The notes below the pieces were generated by a model. It ran no database searches. It was not told the DNA's origin and worked only from the letters and a program-made list of their open reading frames with translations. From Limisphaerales bacterium (GTDB lineage Bacteria > Verrucomicrobiota > Verrucomicrobiia > Limisphaerales > SIBE01): a stretch of DNA of 63,456 bases. The position numbers and the translations under genes were made by a program. Of the stretch, positions 50,004 to 60,273 are shown piece by piece. Location of the stretch: positions 1-63,456 of the forward strand of contig JBGAIN010000029.1 in assembly GCA_044225505.1 (NCBI GenBank), given 5' to 3'. Position 1 is the stretch's first letter; each line of letters begins with the position of its first letter.

Positions 50004-51338
50004 TTAGAGCCGCCAAGGTTCGCGCAGCGCTTCCGACCGGAGCCGGTTCGCTTCGTCATCACCGATAAACTCATTTTTTTGCGGATCGAACTGGACCTTC
50101 CGCCCCAAGTACAGAGCCACGTTGGCCGCGTGACAGGCAATATGAGACTGGCACGCAACATCCGCGTTCGCGCGTGGTTGGCCGCGCGACTTGACGCAAT
50201 CCAAGAAGTTCCGCACATGGAAGTCAGCAGGATACCCTCCGACTTTCGCTCCTTTCCCGACAAGCAACGCATCCGAGCTTGCTACTAAATCACCGTTGTC
50301 AGCCGTTTCGACCCAACCTGAGTCACCTTCGAAACGGACCGGGCACGAACCGAGAGGCAGCCAGCCGTCGTTGCGAAGAATGAGTTTAACACCGTTCGGA
50401 TATTGCGCGTGGATCTGATTGTTCTTGGGTTCGTATTCGATCGGAGCGGTGTCGTCTGCATTGTTTGCCCACTGGCAGAGATCCACACAATGCGACCCCC
50501 ACTCCAAACACCCGCCGCCGACGAGCCCACCGCCTTTTTCAAAATTGAAACCGTCCAACAATCGCCGATTGAACGGCCGCCACGCGGCCGGTCCGAGGTA
50601 CAGGTCCCAATCGACCTGTTCGCGATCAGGTTCCTGTTCCGCTGGCAACCACCCGCTCATCGCTGGATCCAACCCGCCTGGGTGCGCGTACATTGTGTGA
50701 AGTTTGCCAAGTTTACCGAACCGCGCCAAATCGATGGCAAACATAAAGTTTGGCAAGCTCCGCCTTTGTGTGCCCGCTTGAAATACGCGTCCTGTCCTCC
50801 GGAATGTGTCGCGCAAGGCCAGACTCTGGGCGATGTTCTTGGTGCATGGCTTCTCGCAATAGACGTCTTTCCCCGCTTTTGCTGCGAGAATGGATGCTGT
50901 GGCATGCCAGTTCGGCCCCGTGGCAATCAAGACTGCGTCAATATCACTCCGAGTGAGGAGCTCGCGAAGATCTCGGTACATCGCACAATCCGTGTTGTTG
51001 TAGCGAGCATCCGCACGCTTCTTAACGGCCTCACGCCGCGCCGCTTTGATATCGCATATGGCCACGAACTGCACATCTTGTTGTGGAAGGAAACAGTCCA
51101 GGTCATAGCTGCCCCGGTTGCCGATTCCGATCCCTCCCATGACAATGCGTTCACTGGGAGCCACTCCTCCATCTTTTCCCAGCACCCGCCCGGGAACGAT
51201 CTGAGGTAAGGCCCAAAGCGCTCCCAGTTGCGCGGCGGCCTTCAAAAACTTTCGACGCTTGATCAACTTGCCGCCAAAGAGACCATCTTGCGTCTTATCC
51301 GAGTGGTGCCGGCCTGTGAGGCCGTTTGTTGATTTCAT
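50004..51338 (-). CDS. Tat-exported Gfo/Idh/MocA oxidoreductase
   Basis: RRKFLK Tat motif, GIGNRG, DVYCEKP, QAGTQRRS, WDLYLGPA and WGSHCVD. Confidence 0.92.
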   Translation of the reverse strand: MKSTNGLTGRHHSDKTQDGLFGGKLIKRRKFLKAAAQLGALWALPQIVPGRVLGKDGGVAPSERIVMGGIGIGNRGSYDLDCFLPQQDVQFVAICDIKAARREAVKKRADARYNNTDCAMYRDLRELLTRSDIDAVLIATGPNWHATASILAAKAGKDVYCEKPCTKNIAQSLALRDTFRRTGRVFQAGTQRRSLPNFMFAIDLARFGKLGKLHTMYAHPGGLDPAMSGWLPAEQEPDREQVDWDLYLGPAAWRPFNRRLLDGFNFEKGGGLVGGGCLEWGSHCVDLCQWANNADDTAPIEYEPKNNQIHAQYPNGVKLILRNDGWLPLGSCPVRFEGDSGWVETADNGDLVASSDALLVGKGAKVGGYPADFHVRNFLDCVKSRGQPRANADVACQSHIACHAANVALYLGRKVQFDPQKNEFIGDDEANRLRSEALREPWRL

Positions 51339-51612
51339 ATCATTAATTCACGACTTCGTATGCAGGGGCGATTTATCTGTTTTACGAACTTTAGCCGGAC
51401 ATGTCCAGACCGGTCGCGTCGCTTTCTCGAGAACCCACCGGGGCCGTCGCTTATTCTCGGCGCTTCCAGCAACTCGTCGACAATCCCATACCAAGCCCAG
51501 GGTTGATTCTCACGCAGGCCATTGAACCACGTTCGCTCTCCCGCATGGGCAAGCTTACGATGCTCACGTGGAAACCGGCATCGTGCCACGCCCCGCCTCG
51601 TGAGTTCAGCCG

Positions 51613-52113
51613 CTAAACTTGTTCGAACAACTCTTTGGAAAGGGTGAGCACTCGTTTTCCGGAAACACGGAGCGACAAGCGCTTTCTTAGCCAGCGCTCA
51701 TCCCGAAGATTCCTGCCGCGGAAGCGGTCGAGCTCCATTCGGACCTCGCCATGCGAACTGGCGGAGGCCAAATCTCGAATAAACCCATGGTCCTCTTTAA
51801 AGAATTCCGGTATGAATTGACTTAGAATGCGCGCGAACGGGAGCGCATGCCTGTATAAGCATCGTGCAAAAAGCAACTCGTGAAACTCATGCGTGGAACA
51901 TCCAAACCGAGAGCAGAAAAGCTCCTTGAACGTGACCCGTCTTAACCGTGCATCTTGACGAGCAAAAGAGCCCTTAAGACCCAATGGTTCATCAATCTCC
52001 TGCCGGTTCCGGCGCATCAGGCAAGTCGTGTTCACCAATGCCATTCGAGTCAAGCCTGGTCCCTGTGTCAATCCGGTTTCCTCGGCAGGCGCAAATCTTT
52101 TGGCTGATGCCAC
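51613..52113 (-). CDS. Hypothetical protein (true start probably downstream of 52113)
   Basis: The C-terminal ~105 aa look protein-like (TFKELFC...CLYRHA...WLRKRLSLRVSG). The N-terminal part is doubtful. Confidence 0.55.
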   Translation of the reverse strand: MASAKRFAPAEETGLTQGPGLTRMALVNTTCLMRRNRQEIDEPLGLKGSFARQDARLRRVTFKELFCSRFGCSTHEFHELLFARCLYRHALPFARILSQFIPEFFKEDHGFIRDLASASSHGEVRMELDRFRGRNLRDERWLRKRLSLRVSGKRVLTLSKELFEQV

Positions 52114-52209
52114 CGTCGCTACTCAACCACGTCCAACTCAAGTTTGGATCTGGCTCGCCTGACCACGCGCCAGCCTACCCCAGTCTTTGACCAAAATGGT
52201 CAAGACCCG

Positions 52210-53271
52210 ATGAGCACCAAGCCTCGCACTCTCGCAGCACTTGTTTTGGCGATGCTCATTCTCGCGCCGACAATCGCCTGGACCTGGTTCCGTCCACCGG
52301 AACCGGCTTTTGAGGGCAAGCCCCTACGCTCCTGGATTCGCAATCCCCGGACCTCCGTTGAGAACACGATCGAATCGCGCCGCGCCGTTGCGGCCCTCGG
52401 ACCAAGCGCCACTTCCGCATTGCTGACGGAGATCCGCCGAGAGGACTCGCTTTACCGGACACTCCGCCGTGGAATTTGGGCTCTCTTGCCCTCTTCGATC
52501 CAGAAACGGATTCCCCAACCCTTTCCGAGAGACGACCTGGTTGTCCTGGGAGTCAGTCAATTGTTAGGATATTGTGCGACAGCCCCGCAATTGACCGAAG
52601 CTCTGAACGATCAAAATGCGGATGTGCGATTGGCCGTCCTCTGGACACTTGCCGACCTGGCCACTGTTCAAACCAATATTGCCGTGAGACCGGGAGTTGA
52701 GTTGTTGAAAGACCCGGACGAGGATGTCCAAATCAGCGCCGCGCTCTTGCTGGCAAATCTGCGTTACGAGACCCCTCAAGTGGCTCCATTGCTGATCCAA
52801 GGCCTCCAAGGGAACGGAAGGCGCGTGCGCATCGCTGATCAACTCAGCGCAAGGTGTGCGGAATCACTCGGTCACATGGGAAACAGCGCCCGGAGTGCGA
52901 TTCCGGATTTGGCGAAACTGTTCCGCCGGGCGCCTTTGGTCACGCGAAGTGCGGTGGCGACCGCGCTATGGCGACTTGATTCGGACACAAACGCGCTACG
53001 ACACCTGGCAGGTCGGGTCGCATCCACCCGCAAATCCGATCCAAACTACTTCCTTGTTTCCGATCAACTTCTAAGGGCGGTGGATCGGACGCAGCCTCCC
53101 ACTGAGGTCCATGGGATGATTGCGGACATGGTAGAGTTTCCGCCGACGTCACTCCCAAGCCCGGTGCGAACGCAGTTGGTGGAGAAGGCCCGGCGAGTAA
53201 TGCGTCAGCTCGATCCCGCGCTGGAAGCCCGTCTAAAAACTTATACTCCTAGTGTGCTATCCCCGAAGTAA
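52210..53271 (+). CDS. Membrane-anchored HEAT-repeat protein
   Basis: N-terminal TM helix, EP.FEGKPL..W, and LND.NADVR / LKDPDEDVQ HEAT units. Confidence 0.78.
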   Translation: MSTKPRTLAALVLAMLILAPTIAWTWFRPPEPAFEGKPLRSWIRNPRTSVENTIESRRAVAALGPSATSALLTEIRREDSLYRTLRRGIWALLPSSIQKRIPQPFPRDDLVVLGVSQLLGYCATAPQLTEALNDQNADVRLAVLWTLADLATVQTNIAVRPGVELLKDPDEDVQISAALLLANLRYETPQVAPLLIQGLQGNGRRVRIADQLSARCAESLGHMGNSARSAIPDLAKLFRRAPLVTRSAVATALWRLDSDTNALRHLAGRVASTRKSDPNYFLVSDQLLRAVDRTQPPTEVHGMIADMVEFPPTSLPSPVRTQLVEKARRVMRQLDPALEARLKTYTPSVLSPK

Positions 53272-53359
53272 CTCTACCATTGTTGCGCCCAATTTGGCCA
53301 ACGGGCAAGCTCGAGGCCGTTGCCCGCGTCAAAACCTTGCTTCCCGATCGGCTCAAGTC

Positions 53360-54070
53360 TCACTTCTTGGACCCGCGCGCGGGCTTTTCCTTTTCCTGGT
53401 CAGGAATATTGAGTTTAATATCGCCGCGGGATTTGGAATCCTTGTTGTTATTTGCGTCCAGAAAACCTGAGGGAGCCGCAAGATTCAGCTGGCTCAGGAT
53501 CTCCTCGGTCAAATCGCTCTGGTTGTTAGAAAACAGGATAAAGGGAGCTTGGTTGATACTTTCTGCGGATGTGTCCAGAACCAGGGTATAGCCAGCCGTT
53601 CGGGCTCGATTGTTGATTTGCTCCCGAATCTCGCGAAGAATCTGATCACGCATGCGGCGCTTTTGCTCATCAAAGGTCGCCTGTTTCTCACGCTTGAACT
53701 GCGTGAGCGTCTTTTCAATTTCGTTGAGTTCAACGATCTTACCTTCGGCTGATTTCTTTCGCTTTTCTCGTTCGTCGCCAGAGACAGCTTGATCATTGGC
53801 GCTTTCGACAAGCTTCTTATATTCTTCGTTGGCTTTTTGGTAATCGTCGAGCATGCCTTTGTACTGCTTCTCGGCGTCGCTCCCTCGCTCGCGCAACTGC
53901 GCATCCGCCTGCTGGGTCTTGAAATAGCCCTCGAAGATCTTGCGCAAGTCGACCGTAGCGATTTTCGGCTGTGCTTGCGCTTGCGTTTGGGTCGGCAAGG
54001 CGAGCAAAAGGGCTCCAGCCACAATCAAGGCGGAACCAGGTCGCCCGATCAATGAGAAAAAGTGCATCAT
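53360..54070 (-). CDS. skp: OmpH/Skp periplasmic chaperone
   Basis: Signal peptide, KIATVDL, a coiled coil, GYTLVLD and DLTEEIL. Lies downstream of bamA. Confidence 0.9.
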   Translation of the reverse strand: MMHFFSLIGRPGSALIVAGALLLALPTQTQAQAQPKIATVDLRKIFEGYFKTQQADAQLRERGSDAEKQYKGMLDDYQKANEEYKKLVESANDQAVSGDEREKRKKSAEGKIVELNEIEKTLTQFKREKQATFDEQKRRMRDQILREIREQINNRARTAGYTLVLDTSAESINQAPFILFSNNQSDLTEEILSQLNLAAPSGFLDANNNKDSKSRGDIKLNIPDQEKEKPARGSKK

Positions 54071-54079
54071 AAACAGTTG

Positions 54080-56428
54080 TCAATAATTCCGCCGGAAACC
54101 GACGCTGAACTGAAAACGGCCGGTCCCGCTGGCGTCGCGATCATGAGTGATTGGAATCCCGTAGTCCAGGCGCAGGGGGCCCAGTCTCGGGATATTAAGA
54201 CGAATACCGACACCCCAGTTGTCGTTGTATAAACGTTGCTCGGGCCTTCTCGTAAAACTGTAGGCATCTTCGTAAACATTACCGATGTCATAGAAGACCG
54301 CAAAGCGCAATCGTTCAAGAGACGGAACCACGGGCAAACTGTATTCAATGGTTCCGAGCCACATGGTCTTGCCACCGATCGGCTCGTCATCCTCGTGGGG
54401 CCCGACGTCATGATACCGAAACCCACGCAACGAATTGATTCCGCCTAAGAAGAATCGATCGAACAACGGCACGCGATCTGATCGTCCCCAATTGTTGACC
54501 ACGCCGATCTCCCCTCCCACTTCCACCACGTGTTTTTCGAGGAACCCCGGGAAATACCAGAAAGAACGCAGCTCGAGCTTGTAGAAATCCGCTTCGCCGC
54601 CGAACGGTCCCGCGACCTCCGGCAGAAACTCCGTGCGCTGGCCGCCGTTAGGAAGCTCGACGCTGTTACTCGTGTCCCAAGCCAATGACGCTCCGAATTT
54701 TGAGACGAGTTGACTGCGCGGTTCTTCTCGGATCACCAACGGTGCCTGATCACTGACATTCCGGATTCCGATTTCTTCCAAGGTATAACTCACCCCGCCG
54801 ATTAGGAATTCACTTCCCAACGCTTTGGTTAAGCTAAGGCGCCCGCCGATCTCGGTAATGTCGTAGAGATCGCTGTAGAAGTTAAACTCGCGATAGTACA
54901 GATCGGTTCCCAGCGAGAGCTTTTTGTTCAGGAACCAAGGTTCCGTAAACGAAATCTGAAAGTCCTTCCGCCGAGTTCCCACCTGAGCTGTGACACGGAA
55001 CTTCTGGCCGCCACCTCGGAAGTAAGGCGGGTTGAAGAGATCAAAATTCCCTTCCCGATAGCCGACCAAGCCAACCAAGTTGTCCACCGAACTAAAGCCA
55101 GCCCCAAACTCAAAGTTCCCGGTCGGACCTTCTTCGACGTCGATGATCAGGTTCTTGGCATTCGGCACCGCGGTGGGATCGATCTCGGTTTCAACTTTGT
55201 CAAAATAGCGCATCTGTTCGAGGCGCCCCTTGCTCCTTTTGACACGAACCATGTCAAACACATCACCCGGGGCGACCGCCAATTCGCGCCGAATCACTTT
55301 ATCTTTGGTCTTGGTGTTCCCCTTGATTTCGATTTTCTCGATCTTCGAGATGCCTTTGTCCTCACCATCAATCTCGTAGACGAGGTCCACCGTGCCTCGT
55401 TCGGTGTTGGGAACTTTGACCGCCTTCACCCCGGCATCAATGTACCCTCGGCTTCCGTAATAATCCCGAATGTTCTCGATATCGGCCGCGAGTTTCTTGG
55501 GGCTGAAGATGGTTCCTACACCCATCTGAATGCCCTTGCTGCTCTTGTCGCCTTTGCTGATTTCTTCGGACGAGAACAGCTGGTTCCCTTTGAATTGGAT
55601 GGAACCGACCTTGTACTGGGTGCCTTCCGAGATGAGGAAGCGGATGATCATGTGACCTGCATCCGGATAGTCAAACTTGATATCCTTGATCTCAAAATCA
55701 ATGTAGCCTTCGTCGCGGTAAAACTCGGCCAGCTTTTCCTTATCTTCCTCAAACTGCTCATCCTTGAGCACACCCGAACCGGTGATCCAAGAAAACGCCC
55801 AGCGCCGCCGGGTTTTGATTACTTTTCGCAGTTTTTTCTGAGGAAACGCTTCGGCGCCGACGAATTCGACCCGCTCAATCTTGATCTTAGGTGTCTCAGC
55901 AATCTCCAGAGTCACTTTGCCACGGCCGGCATTCTCGTCGATCTCGGTCCGGTATTTCACCACTGTTTTTTGGTAGCCGGCCTTTTGATACATCTTCTGG
56001 ACTTCCTGGCTATCAGCGAACAACTTTCTTTCGTCGAGGGGTTCGCCGACCTTGGAGGTTACTTTCTTGAGAATCTTCTTATTATTGTATTTCTTGTTGC
56101 CCTCCAGACGAATGTCCGTCAGGACAGGCTTTCCTTGGACAACGTAAATAAGGTTGATGCCGTCGTTGGACCGCTCTTCCACGACGCGGATGTTGTAAAA
56201 GAGGCCGGTGGAATAAAGCGTTCTGACATCGTCGTCCACACCCGTGCGGGTATACAGGTCCCCGACTTTCACCCGGATATTGGCACGCACCAATTCGTCA
56301 CTCGCGGCCGCTGGGCCGACATGGCGCACTTCAATTTTCTGGACCTTGATCTGGGCCAGAAGGTTTGGCGAGGCAAGGAGGAATAACAACAGGCACAGAG
56401 GCCAGCGTCGCGCGAACAGCGATTTCAT
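54080..56428 (-). CDS. bamA: Outer-membrane protein assembly factor BamA
   Basis: POTRA repeats (GN.KTKDKVIRRE), LRGF motif in the barrel and C-terminal FQFSVG. Confidence 0.95.
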   Translation of the reverse strand: MKSLFARRWPLCLLLFLLASPNLLAQIKVQKIEVRHVGPAAASDELVRANIRVKVGDLYTRTGVDDDVRTLYSTGLFYNIRVVEERSNDGINLIYVVQGKPVLTDIRLEGNKKYNNKKILKKVTSKVGEPLDERKLFADSQEVQKMYQKAGYQKTVVKYRTEIDENAGRGKVTLEIAETPKIKIERVEFVGAEAFPQKKLRKVIKTRRRWAFSWITGSGVLKDEQFEEDKEKLAEFYRDEGYIDFEIKDIKFDYPDAGHMIIRFLISEGTQYKVGSIQFKGNQLFSSEEISKGDKSSKGIQMGVGTIFSPKKLAADIENIRDYYGSRGYIDAGVKAVKVPNTERGTVDLVYEIDGEDKGISKIEKIEIKGNTKTKDKVIRRELAVAPGDVFDMVRVKRSKGRLEQMRYFDKVETEIDPTAVPNAKNLIIDVEEGPTGNFEFGAGFSSVDNLVGLVGYREGNFDLFNPPYFRGGGQKFRVTAQVGTRRKDFQISFTEPWFLNKKLSLGTDLYYREFNFYSDLYDITEIGGRLSLTKALGSEFLIGGVSYTLEEIGIRNVSDQAPLVIREEPRSQLVSKFGASLAWDTSNSVELPNGGQRTEFLPEVAGPFGGEADFYKLELRSFWYFPGFLEKHVVEVGGEIGVVNNWGRSDRVPLFDRFFLGGINSLRGFRYHDVGPHEDDEPIGGKTMWLGTIEYSLPVVPSLERLRFAVFYDIGNVYEDAYSFTRRPEQRLYNDNWGVGIRLNIPRLGPLRLDYGIPITHDRDASGTGRFQFSVGFRRNY

Positions 56429-56430
56429 GG

Positions 56431-57891
56431 CTATGATTCGGACGGAATATCGTCAGCACTCACTTTAGCAGCACCTTCGAAACGTGTGTAACCCTTGAGG
56501 AATGTCAGAGGCACGTCCCCAGTCGGACCGTTACGTTGTTTCGCAATATACAGATTCACCGCAACGGCCTCTTGTTCCTGGCTAGGCGCATCGTCTTCTT
56601 CACCGCTGCTTGGTTTGTACAATAGCGCGACCAGGTCTGCATCTTGCTCGATAGCACCAGATTCCCGCAAATCCGAGAGCCTCGGCTTGCGGTTTTTGTC
56701 TTTCTCAAGTTCTCGGTTTAACTGGCTCAGCACGATAACAGGGACATTCAATTCTTTGGCCAACGCTTTGATGCCGTTGGAAATATCGGCAATTTCCTGC
56801 TGACGATTCTCGGCTCGTCGCGAAGTAGAATTGAGCAGCTGCAAGTAGTCAATCACAAACAGTCTGATGCCAAATTGTTGGAACATCCGGCGGGCCTTGG
56901 CGCGCAACTGCAAGATCGAAAGGCCCGAACTGTCGTCGATGAACAAGGGAGCATTGGCGAGTTTACTCGCGGCTCCGGTCAATTTCGGAAAGTCACGCTC
57001 AGCGAGGAAGCCATCGCGGATGTTTCTAAGGTTTACCCTGGAACGTGAACAGAGCATACGCAAGACCAGCGACTCCGACGTCATTTCCAGACTGAAGACT
57101 CCCACAGGCAAGCGCTCTTCTAACGCGACGTGCTCCGCAATGTTCATTGCCAGAGACGTTTTCCCCATACTCGGTCGAGCCGCAATGACCACCATTTCAC
57201 CGCCATGCAGCCCACTCGTCATCTTGTCCAAGTCACGAAATCCCGTCGCGACACCCGTTAGCATTCCCTGCCGCTGGTGGAACTCCTCAATGGTATTGAT
57301 TGCCTTGTGAACCAGCTCTTTGATCGTCCGTGAACTGGTCTCGATTCGCTCCTCACTGATGCGGAGCACGTCCCGTTCGATCTCGTCCAAAAGCGAGTCC
57401 ACTTCGCCCTCGAACTCATACGCTCGTCCAACCACCCCTGTGCACGTCTGAATCATCTTCCGCAACAGGAATTTCTCCCGAACAATGTCGAGGTAGTATT
57501 CCAGGTTCGCAGCAGAGGGAACGGAGTCAACGAGTTCAGCCAGATAACTGATGCCACCGATCGCGTCGAGTTGCTTCCGGTCCTTGAGCTTCTGCTGAAC
57601 CGTAATCAAGTCGATGGCTTCTTTCTGATCGTACATCTCCGCCAAAAGCTCAAAGACCGATTGGTGCCGCAGGTCGTAAAAGACATCACTGCCCCCTTTA
57701 AACTTCTCGATGCACACTCCCATGCCCTCGTGCGGGGCCAAAAGCACGCACCCAAGCACTCCTTTTTCCGCCTCTGCAGAGTGCGGGGGTAGTCGATCGA
57801 CGACTGTCCCTCCGGACGAGGCCTTGGTCGTCCGCGTCTTCTTAAGATCCGGAGTCATTTTGGCAACGTCAGAAGTCACTGAATCGATCAT
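56431..57891 (-). CDS. dnaB: Replicative DNA helicase
   Basis: PPHS.EAE, ARPSMGKT, FSLEM, IDYLQL, LSQLNR, DLRESGAIEQDAD and KQRNGPTG. Confidence 0.97.
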   Translation of the reverse strand: MIDSVTSDVAKMTPDLKKTRTTKASSGGTVVDRLPPHSAEAEKGVLGCVLLAPHEGMGVCIEKFKGGSDVFYDLRHQSVFELLAEMYDQKEAIDLITVQQKLKDRKQLDAIGGISYLAELVDSVPSAANLEYYLDIVREKFLLRKMIQTCTGVVGRAYEFEGEVDSLLDEIERDVLRISEERIETSSRTIKELVHKAINTIEEFHQRQGMLTGVATGFRDLDKMTSGLHGGEMVVIAARPSMGKTSLAMNIAEHVALEERLPVGVFSLEMTSESLVLRMLCSRSRVNLRNIRDGFLAERDFPKLTGAASKLANAPLFIDDSSGLSILQLRAKARRMFQQFGIRLFVIDYLQLLNSTSRRAENRQQEIADISNGIKALAKELNVPVIVLSQLNRELEKDKNRKPRLSDLRESGAIEQDADLVALLYKPSSGEEDDAPSQEQEAVAVNLYIAKQRNGPTGDVPLTFLKGYTRFEGAAKVSADDIPSES

Positions 57892-58029
57892 GGTCTCTTA
57901 GCAAATCGAAAATCCCGAGGGAGAGCAACCCACAGTTATTGGAGACAATTAACGTGCTATTCACAAGCAATTCGATCTCGAGCGGCGTCGATGAATTGGC
58001 GATCCAGACGCAATCGCTCAGCCTCCACC

Positions 58030-58079
58030 AAAAATAGAATCCCGACGCGGCCTGGCTCTCGCCGTCACCGTGTCGGGAT
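58030..58079 (-). terminator. Intrinsic terminator after rplI
   Basis: Stem ATCCCGACACGG / CCGCGTCGGGAT followed by TCTATTTTT on the minus strand. Confidence 0.6.
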
Positions 58080-58176
58080 AAATTTCAGACTGGGATCTAC
58101 AAGCGAATCGACGTGCGCCCAGTCACTGATTCGAAACCACGCGTCGCGGTCCTAGGCCTTAACCTCAGAACTCCGC

Positions 58177-58800
58177 TTACTCCGCTTTTGGAGCTCGCCC
58201 TTTACGATCTGGTTTGGCTTCCGCCTTCGGCTCTTCTTTCCGAGGAGCGCCCGTCCGACCTTGCTCTCGGCGTCCTTCCCCTCCGCGTCGGCCCCCGTCT
58301 CGGTTGTCCGAAGCGGACGCCGCGACCTCAGGAACAGGAGCGGGAGTGGTGCTCTCGATGCGGACTTTGAGCGTTGTCTGCACTTGTTGGTGCAGGCGCA
58401 ATTCTACATCGTGATCCCCAACCGTCTTGATCGGATGGGGCAAATGAATCTTCCGTTTATCGACGGAAGCATCGAACTGGTGTCTGAGCTCATCGGCGAG
58501 CGTGCCAGCGGTGACCGAGCCGAAAAGCTTCCCATCGTCGCCCGTTTTGACCTTGATCACCAAGGTCAGTTTGGAGAGCGCCTGGCCCAATTCGCTCATC
58601 GTTGCCAGTTCTTTGGATTCTCGCTCCGTTCGACGCTGACGCAACACTTCCAAGCGGCGCTTGTTCGCAGCTGTCAGCGGAATTGCGAGACCTTGGGGAA
58701 AAAGGTAATTGCGGGCGTAACCAGCGGCCACTTTAACGTGATCTGATTCACCACCCAACCCGACAACATTGTGAGTAAGGATTACTTCGGTTTTGGCCAT
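58177..58800 (-). CDS. rplI: 50S ribosomal protein L9 with C-terminal extension
   Basis: VKVAAGYARNYLFP, GKLFGSVT and V.LH. Confidence 0.96.
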   Translation of the reverse strand: MAKTEVILTHNVVGLGGESDHVKVAAGYARNYLFPQGLAIPLTAANKRRLEVLRQRRTERESKELATMSELGQALSKLTLVIKVKTGDDGKLFGSVTAGTLADELRHQFDASVDKRKIHLPHPIKTVGDHDVELRLHQQVQTTLKVRIESTTPAPVPEVAASASDNRDGGRRGGEGRREQGRTGAPRKEEPKAEAKPDRKGRAPKAE

Positions 58801-58811
58801 AGACTTTTCAG

Positions 58812-59276
58812 TTAAAAGGGAACGTCATCTTCGGAGGGCGGCGCATCTTCACTTTCGGTGGCTGCGGCCGAAGGAGGTGGGGCCGCGGCGGCGGCACCGG
58901 CTGACGGACGAGGACGGGTCCCTCCGGAAGCTTCATCGCCACCTTTGTAGTCAAGGAATTGAAATGCTTCCATGACAACGCCGAGCTTGCTCCGTTTTTG
59001 ATTGGTTTGCTTGTCTTCCCACGTATCCAACTTAAGGCGTCCCTCCACCATGATAGGACGCCCTTTCTTCATGTAGTTGCCAAGGGTCTCTGCCTGCTTT
59101 CCAAACGCGTCCACATCGACAAAAGTCACCTCTTCTTTCAATTCGCCATTGGCATCCCGCCACGAGCGATTGATCGCGAGCCCAATCTTGGCGATGGCCG
59201 TTCCTTTTGGCGTATAGCGCAACTCCGGATCGCGCGTCAGATTGCCGATCAGAATGACTTTGTTGTAGTTGGCCAT
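58812..59276 (-). CDS. ssb: Single-stranded DNA-binding protein
   Basis: NKVILIGNLTRDPELRYTP and a C-terminal DDVPF. Confidence 0.97.
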   Translation of the reverse strand: MANYNKVILIGNLTRDPELRYTPKGTAIAKIGLAINRSWRDANGELKEEVTFVDVDAFGKQAETLGNYMKKGRPIMVEGRLKLDTWEDKQTNQKRSKLGVVMEAFQFLDYKGGDEASGGTRPRPSAGAAAAAPPPSAAATESEDAPPSEDDVPF

Positions 59277-59309
59277 AACGAAGGTGGCAGAAAGATTTGC
59301 CGCCAGGAA

Positions 59310-59624
59310 CTACTCTACTGCAACGGGCGCTTTCCGCATGGGAGCCACCGTGAAAAGGACGCGGAAAACTTCGTCGTTGAGATCGAACCGATGTTTCAAT
59401 TGGGTGAGCGATCCTGGCTCCAGATCGAAGACGAAATTCACAAAAAATCCGGTATTGAACCGCTTGTTGGCAATGCGCGAGAATGGACGTTTGTCCATCT
59501 TCTGCACAGTCTCGACGCGGCCACCAGAAGCGTTGATCTCGGCCGTAATACGGTCGATCATTTCTTTGACGCCTTCCTCTTTGGCGGCAGTATTGAGTAT
59601 GAACAGGCCTTCGTATTTTTTCAC
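59310..59624 (-). CDS. rpsF: 30S ribosomal protein S6
   Basis: KYE.LFIL...I...GG.V and L..EVFR. Immediately upstream of ssb. Confidence 0.9.
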   Translation of the reverse strand: MKKYEGLFILNTAAKEEGVKEMIDRITAEINASGGRVETVQKMDKRPFSRIANKRFNTGFFVNFVFDLEPGSLTQLKHRFDLNDEVFRVLFTVAPMRKAPVAVE

Positions 59625-59628
59625 TGAA

Positions 59629-60234
59629 TCAACTTTCCTTCACCAGTGGTGGATTAATTGTACCGTTAAACTCGTTCATCGCACGCTGAGCACCTGCGGT
59701 GACCCAACGCTCTAACTGATTACAAACTCGGTCTAAAACCAAATCGAACAGCGCGCGCTCGCTTTCAGCGAAGCGGGCCAGGACATAACCCGTAATCTCT
59801 CGCGCTCCCCCCGCCTCGCGTCCAATGCCAACTCGAACCCTGGGATAGTCCCGCGTGCCCAGGTGTTGTTCCACGGATTCCAGTCCGTGATGTCCGCCGC
59901 TGCTCCCCCTGGTTCGCATCCGAATCGTTCCCAAAGGCAAATCGGCGTCGTCCGTCACAATGGCGATTCTTTCCGGAGGCACTTTGTAAAACGCCGCCAC
60001 CTTCTGAACTGCCTCGCCGCTCGCGTTCATAAACGTCTGCGGTTGACACAAAATCACGGTCTGACCATCCATCTCAGCCCGCCCAACCCGTGACCGCAAT
60101 CGAGCTTCATCTTTCCAGACCGCTCGCCGACGCACGGCCAAACGATCTAAGGACAAAAACCCCGCATTGTGTCGCGTTTGCGCGTACTCGCGGCCTGGAT
60201 TCCCCAAGCCGACGATCATGTGAACATTCTCCAC
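59629..60234 (-). CDS. pth: Peptidyl-tRNA hydrolase
   Basis: VGLGNPG.EY..TRHNAGF, PQTFMN.SG, GGHHG and R.RVGIGR. GTG start at 60234. Confidence 0.95.
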   Translation of the reverse strand: MENVHMIVGLGNPGREYAQTRHNAGFLSLDRLAVRRRAVWKDEARLRSRVGRAEMDGQTVILCQPQTFMNASGEAVQKVAAFYKVPPERIAIVTDDADLPLGTIRMRTRGSSGGHHGLESVEQHLGTRDYPRVRVGIGREAGGAREITGYVLARFAESERALFDLVLDRVCNQLERWVTAGAQRAMNEFNGTINPPLVKES

Positions 60235-60273
60235 ACCGCACGCCCTCACGCCGCCCAACCGAGCAGCGTGTCG

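Noticed and set aside
57892..58176. Replication origin near dnaB
   Set aside because: Only one imperfect DnaA box, and no box cluster or AT-rich unwinding element.
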